DNA of 64,000 bases, from positions 7,776,001 to 7,840,000 of the forward strand of contig OZ244999.1 of the NCBI GenBank assembly GCA_965223265.1, read 5' to 3'. Position numbers and translations under genes: made by a program. The notes beneath the pieces were generated by a model. It had not been told where the DNA came from and searched no databases. It was given only the letters and a program-made list of their open reading frames with translations. Origin of the DNA: Planctomycetota bacterium. GTDB lineage: Bacteria; Planctomycetota; UBA8108; SXIK01. Shown in pieces: positions 47,701 through 55,480 of the stretch (position 1 is its first letter; each line of letters starts with the position of its first letter).

Positions 47701-47906
47701 TCGGCCTGCCGCGCGCGAGAGTCTTCAACTCGAGAGGTCGAAGTGCCCGCGGCCTCGTCTCCGTGCGTTGCCTCATCGCCCCGCGCGGACTCGTCGAATC
47801 CGCCCAGCCTCAGTTCCTCTGGTTGCTCAGCGCCGGGCTGAGGACGCAGCAAGAACCAGGCGACACCGAGGGCGACCACGACTGCGCCGACGAGCCATCG
47901 CTTCAC
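44712..47906 (-). CDS. Membrane-anchored TPR-repeat CHAT (caspase-like) protease
   Basis: N-terminal TM and about 7 TPRs; LPGTESEA, LHLATHG (His), VLSACSTG (Cys), SLWPV and PFYWAGF. The GTG at 47906 overlaps the upstream TGA. Confidence 0.92.
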   Translation of the reverse strand: MKRWLVGAVVVALGVAWFLLRPQPGAEQPEELRLGGFDESARGDEATHGDEAAGTSTSRVEDSRARQAEAARAELTRVIKRDGADSLAAAEAHDALVEALYYAGQGAAPETRQAAERALELKEQLLEPNAPSLAVSLENLGAVLNAAGRYGRATDALERSLAIKSHHGAAPLGLAIGHLNLGELCRQTGRFDDAKAHFDRALTHLDAASGEQTAHARAMAHNNYGLLLHNMGDFLEAAPHFEAAHTHWLKASDAERSTALVLNNIGRLLHDLGDFSGARQRFEAALDIWNSMASPNEAEKASALNNLGYLYHDARKLNRARSLYDAALKIREPLLGRQHRAVAWTLSNQALLELEAGDLDRAARLFERALAIRREALGDEHKLVFHSLTYLATVELARGNLHTAFRHALEAERRRRQGLVSTLPFLPERQALEMQAVYLQVFGLDATSLDVLLSLLADHHAELSPSDVAAASDALVRSRGLVFDAMLQRRGTLDAMKQSAAPGAWDAKSGAGAEVEPTRSQLLAELAAARQALANCWVQGLETTAARRRKERAEAALVELGFGASDKTDASRFEIDWEAIRAALVRAPANSALVSFVRYQKLERRSGKPRAIPSYLALVGEGARAGPRCVDLGRADAIDVLVKRWRGVVARLHRLEGLSSRESAAERRRAREELGALGDDLRRRTWDPAMRQCEQPPSFVFLVPDASLCFVSFAALPNATDADRFVLESGPTIHYLAAAKDLATRPSARKGDHARRRSDEDGGDTDAMGTGTPESDEFHLVALGHPTYGPYGESALGDNAASPRSDCVRMADVRFRALPGTESEARAISALLQRDTSVTRGVKPPRVSLLLGSKATEAAVKEMAPRATVLHLATHGFYLDAVCDQESRRPQRVSGDLDLRRVAPLVGRSRRPQAASPLLLSGLACAGANRRTSAAAAVSTAAVDDGILTAEEVAALDLQRVEWAVLSACSTGIGEVRSGEGVFGLRRAFFSAGARTLITSLWPVQDAATQEWMAELYRARFDDRLGAAHSVREASLRVLQRRRERGASDAPFYWAGFVGAGDWE

Positions 47907-49798
47907 GGCTGGCACTGATCTGCACAACCGACGATGCGGGTGCAACGATCGACCGCACCGACGGCGTGGCCTTCGGTGCCGACGAACAGATGGTTGAGCG
48001 CAAAGATCGCATCGGAAATGTCCACGGTGTTGTCACCGCTCCAGTCGAGAAGCAGCAAATTGCCGAGATCTTCAATCGTCCCGCCGTCGCAAGGCACGGT
48101 GTCCGGATCCCCCGAAAACAGATGTCCAAGAAGACCCACGGGATCAGAGATGTCGACGCCGCCGTCCTCGTTGATGTCGCCGGGAAAACGATGGCCTCCG
48201 CACACCTCGATCGGCTCGAGCCCATAGAGTGGTTGAGCAAGATCGATGCCGAAGACGCGGCCGTCGCTCGCGGCGAGGAACTGGAGTCGATACGTGGTTC
48301 CTTCCGGCACTCCAGTGATCACGATCTGCGGTGGAACGCCTGCCGCGAGTCCGAGGTAAACGAAATCCGGTGCGCCCGGGAAGCGCGCGTGGACATCGAC
48401 CGCGAATCTCCCACCTACGGATTCGAACTCTATGAGAGTAGTCCCGCCATTCTGTGGCGACCATGCGCAGGTCATGTTGACAGGCGAAAAACCTTCCACA
48501 GGCGCTGCGTCAAGAAGAGTCATTTCAGAGCTCGTGATCGTTGACGGCCCCTCGACTACGGCGGAGTCGCCCTGAACCCCAACGACTTGCAGCGTCGCCC
48601 CCAGGTCCGAGAAGACGAAGTTGTTGGTGCCACCGTCCTGCAGCTCTGCGAACGGTTCCCCATTAAGAAAGAGCTGCACGCCGACAGCGTAAGGACTCTC
48701 GCCGTTGATCCAGCTGGCGCGCAGTTCGTTCGACGCGTCACTTCCGTAGGCTGCTTGCCGCAGAATCAGGGCGCGCGGCGGCTTGGGGCGCCCACATTCG
48801 GTGGTGACGGTCGTGAAGATGATCGGCTCAAACCCCAGTGCAGTGCCGCCATCGAGGCCCGAAAACTCGCCAATGATGTTCTCGTGGGTGATGCCGCTTT
48901 CTGGATCGGTCCAGCGCGTCGTCAAAGCCTTGTCGCGATCGAGAAACCCGAAAGCGGTGATCTCATGCTCGCCACGGGTTTCGAGCTCGATCGATTCTTC
49001 CAGACATTTGACCTGAATCGGATCCTCGACGCTGAGAACGGACTCGCCGTCGACAGCGACGGAAAGTCCACTCGCCGACGGCCCGTCATTGCCGCCACCG
49101 ATGATGATGCCACAGACAACGTCGGTGTCTTCACGCACGCACGTGCGCGAAGCAAAGTCGACGACATCATCACAGCCGGCATCGCCCAATTCCGTACGAG
49201 CGCAGAAGATCGCGCCGTTGGCGAGTGGCCAGGTGCGGTGCACCTCCTGAAACTGCTCGAGAGACTCGCCGCCGGGAGTTCGGACCTCGAAGCGAAACGC
49301 CTTCGAGGGACAGAGGGGATCGTCGGGCGACTCGGGGATGCAACTGACGGGAACATCCGTCACCGGCACGCCGTTGGTTCCTGGTGTCGTTAGGCCGGCG
49401 ATCGTGCCGAGCAATTGGCCATCGACGAGCACTTCGACCACGTCTTGGCTGCCGTCCTCGTTCCATGACAAGAGGACGACGTTGCCGAGCTCCGTCGGCG
49501 CACCGAACTCCGGGTCTTCATAAAGGATCTGCAAAGTCTGAAGATCGCTCAGGCTCGGGGCGATGCCTTTCTCTCCGCTAACGGCGACCGGCTTTCTGTT
49601 CAGCAGGTAGGCAGACCAACGCGCGGCCTCCAGCGGTGTCACAAAGCGTGAATCGAGTGCAGAAGCACTCAGGGAAGCGGGGGTGTCGTCGGTGACGATG
49701 CGGGGTCTCGGCGCAAGCTCCTGTGCGGCCGCGGGCATGCCGAAAAGAATCGCGCAGCACGCAATAGTCATCGTGTGATGGCGAAAGATAGATGCCAT
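47903..49798 (-). CDS. Secreted beta-rich protein with C-terminal dockerin-like domain
   Basis: Signal peptide ending AAA-Q and FN3/Ig-like segments; FPGDINEDGGVDISDPV...LDWSGDNTVDISDAIFALNHLF. Confidence 0.78.
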   Translation of the reverse strand: MASIFRHHTMTIACCAILFGMPAAAQELAPRPRIVTDDTPASLSASALDSRFVTPLEAARWSAYLLNRKPVAVSGEKGIAPSLSDLQTLQILYEDPEFGAPTELGNVVLLSWNEDGSQDVVEVLVDGQLLGTIAGLTTPGTNGVPVTDVPVSCIPESPDDPLCPSKAFRFEVRTPGGESLEQFQEVHRTWPLANGAIFCARTELGDAGCDDVVDFASRTCVREDTDVVCGIIIGGGNDGPSASGLSVAVDGESVLSVEDPIQVKCLEESIELETRGEHEITAFGFLDRDKALTTRWTDPESGITHENIIGEFSGLDGGTALGFEPIIFTTVTTECGRPKPPRALILRQAAYGSDASNELRASWINGESPYAVGVQLFLNGEPFAELQDGGTNNFVFSDLGATLQVVGVQGDSAVVEGPSTITSSEMTLLDAAPVEGFSPVNMTCAWSPQNGGTTLIEFESVGGRFAVDVHARFPGAPDFVYLGLAAGVPPQIVITGVPEGTTYRLQFLAASDGRVFGIDLAQPLYGLEPIEVCGGHRFPGDINEDGGVDISDPVGLLGHLFSGDPDTVPCDGGTIEDLGNLLLLDWSGDNTVDISDAIFALNHLFVGTEGHAVGAVDRCTRIVGCADQCQP

Positions 49799-49964
49799 GT
49801 GGGATTCCTACGAAGTTCGAAGCTGCCCGGGGGATGTCGTCATCTTAGACGACAGGCCGACCGCGGTGGAGAGGAATCTACCGGCCACCAGCGCGCGAGG
49901 TATGACGTTCGGGTCACCGTGGCCGGCGTTCGGAGTGGACCGAGCTGCGGCAGCCTCACGCGGA

Positions 49965-50300
49965 TCACTCGCAACCGCGCTGCGCGCGGCAGCCTACGTC
50001 GGCGGTGGGATCGATACCGCAGGCGGCGAACGGCTCGTGCGGTGCGGCGCCGGCGCGGAAGAGGTAGCTCAAAAGCGCGATCGCATCGCTGATGCTGACG
50101 CCGCCGCTGTCGTCGACGTCCTCGGCCGCGCGACAGCCGAAGTCCTCACCGGAAGCGAACAGCCGTACGAGGATTGCGCTCGCGTCCGCCGCGTCGATCG
50201 TGCCGTCGCCGTTGGCATCGCCGCGGCGAAACTCCGCCGCGCAGTCGTCCGGCAGCGTGTCGCCGTCAGCGTCGCGGAGACCCGCGAGCTGCGGGCGCAG
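49965..50300 (-). repeat. 336-bp near-identical direct repeat, copy A (dockerin-coding 3' end)
   Basis: About 8 mismatches to copy B by manual alignment. Confidence 0.92.
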
Positions 50301-52568
50301 GAGAGCGAAGTGGTTCGACGCTCGTTTGATGACGATCTCCGACCAGCCATCGCCGTCGAAATCTGCCGCGGTGACCACGGAAGGGCCGTGAAAACACACT
50401 GGTGGTGGTCCGAGCAGAAAAAACCTTCCCCGAATTCGCGGGCGATAGCCTTGCACGAAGGTGCCGTCGCCGCGGTTGAGCCGGATCTTCAGATCGGTCG
50501 TCACGGAGTCGAGATCGCCGTCGCCGTCGAGGTCACAGAGCGTGTCCGTTGCCCGCACCAAAGAGCGTTCGGACTCAAAAACGCCGTTTTGATTTCGCAA
50601 GAGCGAGTATTGACGCTGGGACTCCGGTTCGCGGACGCGGACCACGAGATCTGAGTCGCCATCGCCGTCGAGATCAGCCGCCCTCAACCCTGGCCAGATC
50701 GTCTCGTACGGAATCTCCGACTCCTCAAGTGTATCCCCTCGGTTGAGGAACAGTCGCAAACGACCACGGAGTCGATAGCCATCGCGAAAGTTCTTCAGTG
50801 CGACGAAGTCCATACGGAGATCTGCGTCGACGCGCGCAGGCACGACCTGATCCGGCGCCTCGTCAAGGCGAAAGCGTCGACCCTCAGTGAAGCAGCCACC
50901 ACCATCGTTGAGGAGCGTTTCGATCCACCCGCCGCCATACGAGACGACGTCCACGTCACCGTCGAAGTCCATGTCGACCGTCAGGTTGACACCATGGATG
51001 ATAGAGAGGGGTACACGCTGCGTGATGACAAACCCGCTGCCGATCACACCGCGTGCGACCGAGAACTGACTCTCCTCGAAGAGAAGGAGATCGGGGTAGG
51101 CGTCGCGATCGACGTGCTCCAGTCGGCTTTCGGTGAGACTGCCAAAGTCGAGCGTCGCTCCCTGCGAGAAGAAACCGCGGCCGTCGTTGAAGAGTGTCTG
51201 AAACGTGCCGTCTTGGTCGAGAACGACATCAACGTCGCCATCCGCGTCGAGGTCGCCGTGAAGAAACGCTGTCTCTGTGGTCCGAGCTGCGAGCGTCAAG
51301 AACTGATCAGGGTTGAAAAAGACCCCACCCTCGTTCCAGAGAATCGTCGTCACGGCGGCGCAGAGGTCTCCGACTGCGAGATCGAGGTCACCGTCAGCAT
51401 CAAAGTCTCCGGCTCCGATCGTCGAGGGACCTCCTCCTGCCGGCAGCGTCACGCGGCCTTGAACCATCCCACCCTGACGCGACAGAAATAGCTCGACGCC
51501 ACGTTCGCGCAGAACGAGAGCGATGTCGCGGCGACCGTCACCGTCGAGGTCCGCGAAGAGACCGTCCATGATTTCGGCGGCGGTGGGGAGAACAATGGGG
51601 AGGAACTCGTGGTCGCCGCGATCCTGCAGTAGGGTGAGCTCCGTGCGCCCGCCGAACGCGATCCACGGCTCGTCGCTCTCGTGGAGCGCGGGAGCGGCCG
51701 CAATCCACCTGCGATAGAAGGGAACGTCGGCGATGACGGCGTGACGCGAAAAGCTCAAGTCGCCTTCGTTCCGGTGCACTTCGAGCCGCCCGGATCTCGC
51801 CACCACGATGTCGTCGAGTCCGTCTCCGCTCAGGTCCCCGACGACCAAGGCGCCGACGATTTCGATGGCGAAGACCTCGAACTCCGCTGCACCGCGATTG
51901 ACGACCAAGCGCACGCCTTCGGAACTAGTCAAGATCGCGTCGAGATCGCCGTCGCCGTCGAGATCTGAGGCCGACAGGCCGCTCCCCGCCTCAGGAACAG
52001 TCTGCGTCCAAACCGTGTCGAACGTGGCGTCTCCGTTCGCCGCGAAAAGCTCGATTCCGTGGTCTCCGATACGCATCACATCCGAGCGGCCATCGCCGTC
52101 GAAGTCGCCAAGGATCAGATCGCCAGTTGCGTCAACACCAGTCGCCACAGCCTCGAAGCGCCGTTCGGGTCGACTCACGAACACGGTCAGCTGACGGTCT
52201 TTCACGGTGACGAGGTCGGTGCGGCCGTCGCCGTCGATGTCCGCCGCGCCGATGAGCGCCCCAGTATCGACTCCCGCCGAGTACGGCGGCACCACTTCGC
52301 ACTCGTCAGGGATCGCGTTGGCGTTACAGTCGTCGCTCGTGCGGCGCTCGCCAACATCGAGCGCATCGTCGATGCCGTTGTTGTTACAGTCGCGAGACGC
52401 CTCCGCGACTTCGTCGTCGGTGCCTGCGAACAATGCAGCCGACGGAAGCAGAGCCATCAACTGAACTATGAACCACGCCGCGCCGCTCAGGATCCATGCC
52501 TCCTCTCTCCGTAGATGGACCGAACTGGGTTGGCCTGTCATGTTCTGCTCCGATCGTCGTTCACTCAC
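49965..52568 (-). CDS. FG-GAP/VCBS repeat protein with dockerin-like C-terminus, paralog 3; alternative start at ATG 52541
   Basis: Many DxDGDGxxD repeats, N-terminal DCNxNG motifs and FRRGDANGDG. Confidence 0.88.
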   Translation of the reverse strand: MSERRSEQNMTGQPSSVHLRREEAWILSGAAWFIVQLMALLPSAALFAGTDDEVAEASRDCNNNGIDDALDVGERRTSDDCNANAIPDECEVVPPYSAGVDTGALIGAADIDGDGRTDLVTVKDRQLTVFVSRPERRFEAVATGVDATGDLILGDFDGDGRSDVMRIGDHGIELFAANGDATFDTVWTQTVPEAGSGLSASDLDGDGDLDAILTSSEGVRLVVNRGAAEFEVFAIEIVGALVVGDLSGDGLDDIVVARSGRLEVHRNEGDLSFSRHAVIADVPFYRRWIAAAPALHESDEPWIAFGGRTELTLLQDRGDHEFLPIVLPTAAEIMDGLFADLDGDGRRDIALVLRERGVELFLSRQGGMVQGRVTLPAGGGPSTIGAGDFDADGDLDLAVGDLCAAVTTILWNEGGVFFNPDQFLTLAARTTETAFLHGDLDADGDVDVVLDQDGTFQTLFNDGRGFFSQGATLDFGSLTESRLEHVDRDAYPDLLLFEESQFSVARGVIGSGFVITQRVPLSIIHGVNLTVDMDFDGDVDVVSYGGGWIETLLNDGGGCFTEGRRFRLDEAPDQVVPARVDADLRMDFVALKNFRDGYRLRGRLRLFLNRGDTLEESEIPYETIWPGLRAADLDGDGDSDLVVRVREPESQRQYSLLRNQNGVFESERSLVRATDTLCDLDGDGDLDSVTTDLKIRLNRGDGTFVQGYRPRIRGRFFLLGPPPVCFHGPSVVTAADFDGDGWSEIVIKRASNHFALLRPQLAGLRDADGDTLPDDCAAEFRRGDANGDGTIDAADASAILVRLFASGEDFGCRAAEDVDDSGGVSISDAIALLSYLFRAGAAPHEPFAACGIDPTADVGCRAQRGCE

Positions 52569-52896
52569 AACCGCGCTGCGCGCGGCAGCCTACGTCGGCG
52601 GTGGGATCGATACCGCAGGCGGCGAACGGCTCGTGCGGTGCGGCGCCGGCGCGGAAGAGGTAGCTCAAAAGCGCGATCGCATCGCTGATGCTAATGCCGC
52701 CGCTGTCGTCGACGTCCTCGGCCGCGCGACAGCCGAAGTCCTCACCGGAAGCGAACAGCCGTACGAGGATCGCGCTCGCGTCCGCCGCGTCGATCGTGCC
52801 GTCGCCGTTGGCATCGCCGCGGCGAAACTCCGCCGCGCAGTCGTCCGGCAGCGTGTCGCCGTCGCCGTCGCGGAGGCCCTCGAGCTGCGGGCGCAG
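52561..52896 (-). repeat. 336-bp near-identical direct repeat, copy B
   Basis: About 8 mismatches to copy A and about 12 to copy C by eye. Confidence 0.92.
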
Positions 52897-55152
52897 CAGC
52901 GCGAAGTGGTTCGACGCGGGCTGGACGATAAGCTCCGACCAGCCGTCACCGTCGAAGTCAGCCGCGGTGACCAAGGGGAGGGTAGGGTACGGATGAACGA
53001 TGCAGGCTGAACCACCGAGACGCACGAATGTCGGAGAAACCAGCGGTTCGCCCCCCGGCACGAACGTGCCGTCGCCGCGGTTGAGCTGAACCCTCAGGTC
53101 CGGAGACACCGAGTCGAGATCACCGTCGCCGTCGAGGTCACAGAAAGTATCGTTTGGCCGCGCTGACGAGAAGTCGGGCTCAAAGACGCCGTCCTGGTTT
53201 CGCAGGAGTGAGTATTGGCGCTCCGAGTCCACCCGGCGAACCTGCCCGACGAGATCCGAGTCGCCATCGCCGTCAAGGTCCACTAACCGGAACCCGAATC
53301 CAACCATCTCGTACGGAAGCTCTGACAACTCGAGCGTATCCCCTCGATTCAGGAAGAGTCGCAAACGACCGTCGAATTGTCCCACGAAGTCCACGCGCGC
53401 ATCGGCGTCGACGCGGGCCGGGACGAGGCAGCCCGACGCCTGATCAAGTCGAAAGCGGCGACCCTCGGTGAAGTGGCCGTGGCCATCGTTGAGGAGCGTT
53501 TCAATCCATCCACCGCCACAGGAAACGACATCCGTATCGCCATCGATGTCCATGTCCACCGTCCAGACGACGCCATCGATCACTGTCAGCGGCACGACCT
53601 GCGTGACGACGAACCCGATATCGATCACGCCGAGCGCAACGGAAAACTGACTCGACTCGAAGAGAAGCAAGTCCGGATAGACATCGTCGTCCACCTTTTC
53701 CAGCCGCCCCTCGCACAGCGGACGCTCAAAGTCAACGGCAACTCCTTTTGACAAGAAGCCGCGACCGTCGTTGAGCAGAGCCTGAAAAACACCATCCTGC
53801 TCGAGCAACACGTCGACGTCGCCATCCGCGTCCAGATCCCCACGCAGGAACCGATCCCCGATCCGGGACGCGGCGATTTGATTCGGGTTGAAAAACTCTC
53901 CGCCCTCGTTCCACAGGATCGAGATGGCTCCGCCGCAGTCGTCAGTAACCGCAACGTCGAGGTCTGTGTCGCCATCAAAATCGCCTGCTTCGATGTCCCA
54001 GGGATGCGGCCCGGCGGGTAGCATCGTTCGTCTTTGAACAGATCCACCCTGCCGCGACAAGGCCAATTCGACGCCGCGATTCTCGAGGACCAACGCGAGG
54101 TCACGGCGACCGTCACCGTCGAGGTCGGCAAAGAGACCGTTCACAACTTCGGCGGCGGTGGGGAGAGCGATGCGAAGGAACTCTCCGTTGCCTCGATCCT
54201 TCAGGAAGGTGAATTGATCGCGCCCGCCGAGCGCAATCCATGGCTCTTCGCTCTGGTGCAAAACGGGGGCGATGGCCAGCCAGTCGCGAATGATCAGACT
54301 GGAAATCGTGGCGGCACGAAAGAAGCTCAAGTCGCCACGATTCGTGTGGACTTCGACGCTTCGAAACGTCGTCACGATGTCGTCGAGCCCGTCGCCGTTG
54401 AGGTCACCGGCTGCCACCATTCTCCCAGAGATCTCCGTCGGGACGATGTCGAACTCGGCGGGTGCACGATTGACGAGTAGATGAACGACTCCAGCTGCGG
54501 CCACGATCGCGTCAAGATCGCCGTCGTCATCCAAGTCCGAAGCTGCAACGCCACGATCGACCTCTGCAATCGATTCGCTCCAAGCAGAGACGAACGTGCC
54601 GTCGCCGTTACCCGCGAGAAGTTCAACTGCTTCGCCCCCGACGCGGAGGAGATCCTCCCGGCCATTGGAGTCGAAGTCTCCGACCAACACCTCCCCGGAC
54701 GAATCGATGAGCGTGAACACGAGAGCGAAGCGTCGTCCTGGTCGAGCGAGAAAGACGTGCAGTCGTTCATCTCTCACGGTGACGAGATCGGCGCGGCCGT
54801 CGCCGTCGAAGTCCGCCACGCAGCGCAGCTCACCCATATCGGCTCCGGCTGAGTACGTCGGCACGACCTCGCACTCGTCAGGAATCGCGTTGCTGTTACA
54901 GTCGTCGCTCGTGCGGCGCTCGCCGATGTCGAGCGCGTCGTCGATGTCGTTGTCGTTGCAGTCAGGGAATTCGTCTCCGCTGTCGCCGAAACTGCTACCG
55001 GTCAGAGGTTGATTCGCTGCGAGTAGAGCAACGATGAATATGTTCGCGACACTTAGAATCCAGCCGTTCAAGCCTCTGAGGCTTGGTACCTTTGGGTCGC
55101 GCACACTCGCGGGTCCGGTCATGATGAGGTCTACTCCAGCTGCGTTATTCAC
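52561..55152 (-). CDS. FG-GAP/VCBS repeat protein with dockerin-like C-terminus, paralog 2; alternative start at ATG 55122
   Basis: Same architecture as its neighbours and collinear with them. Confidence 0.88.
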   Translation of the reverse strand: MNNAAGVDLIMTGPASVRDPKVPSLRGLNGWILSVANIFIVALLAANQPLTGSSFGDSGDEFPDCNDNDIDDALDIGERRTSDDCNSNAIPDECEVVPTYSAGADMGELRCVADFDGDGRADLVTVRDERLHVFLARPGRRFALVFTLIDSSGEVLVGDFDSNGREDLLRVGGEAVELLAGNGDGTFVSAWSESIAEVDRGVAASDLDDDGDLDAIVAAAGVVHLLVNRAPAEFDIVPTEISGRMVAAGDLNGDGLDDIVTTFRSVEVHTNRGDLSFFRAATISSLIIRDWLAIAPVLHQSEEPWIALGGRDQFTFLKDRGNGEFLRIALPTAAEVVNGLFADLDGDGRRDLALVLENRGVELALSRQGGSVQRRTMLPAGPHPWDIEAGDFDGDTDLDVAVTDDCGGAISILWNEGGEFFNPNQIAASRIGDRFLRGDLDADGDVDVLLEQDGVFQALLNDGRGFLSKGVAVDFERPLCEGRLEKVDDDVYPDLLLFESSQFSVALGVIDIGFVVTQVVPLTVIDGVVWTVDMDIDGDTDVVSCGGGWIETLLNDGHGHFTEGRRFRLDQASGCLVPARVDADARVDFVGQFDGRLRLFLNRGDTLELSELPYEMVGFGFRLVDLDGDGDSDLVGQVRRVDSERQYSLLRNQDGVFEPDFSSARPNDTFCDLDGDGDLDSVSPDLRVQLNRGDGTFVPGGEPLVSPTFVRLGGSACIVHPYPTLPLVTAADFDGDGWSELIVQPASNHFALLRPQLEGLRDGDGDTLPDDCAAEFRRGDANGDGTIDAADASAILVRLFASGEDFGCRAAEDVDDSGGISISDAIALLSYLFRAGAAPHEPFAACGIDPTADVGCRAQRGCE

Positions 55153-55480
55153 AACCGCGCTGCGCGCGGCAGCCTACGTCGGCGGTGGGATCGATACCGC
55201 AGGCGGCGAACGGCTCGTGCGGTGCGGCGCCGGCGCGGAAGAGGTAGCTCAAAAGCGCGATCGCATCGCTGATGCTGACGCCGCCGCTGTCGTCGACGTC
55301 CTCGGCCGCGCGACAGCCGAAGTCCTCACCGGAAGCAAAGAGTAGCGCCAGGATTGCGCTCGCGTCCGCCGCGTCGATCGTGCCGTCGCCGTTGGCATCG
55401 CCGCGGCGAAACTCCGCCGCGCAGTCGTCCGGCAGCGTGTCGCCGTCGCCGTCGCGGAGGCCCTCGAGCTGCGGGCGCAG
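55145..55480 (-). repeat. 336-bp near-identical direct repeat, copy C
   Basis: Most differences cluster in one short patch (LVRLF versus LALLF). Confidence 0.92.

Noticed and set aside
49965-55480. Diversity-generating retroelement (TR/VR-like repeats at gene 3' ends)
   Set aside because: No reverse transcriptase is in the window, all copies are coding, the mismatches are not adenine-specific, and the repeated part is the constant region.
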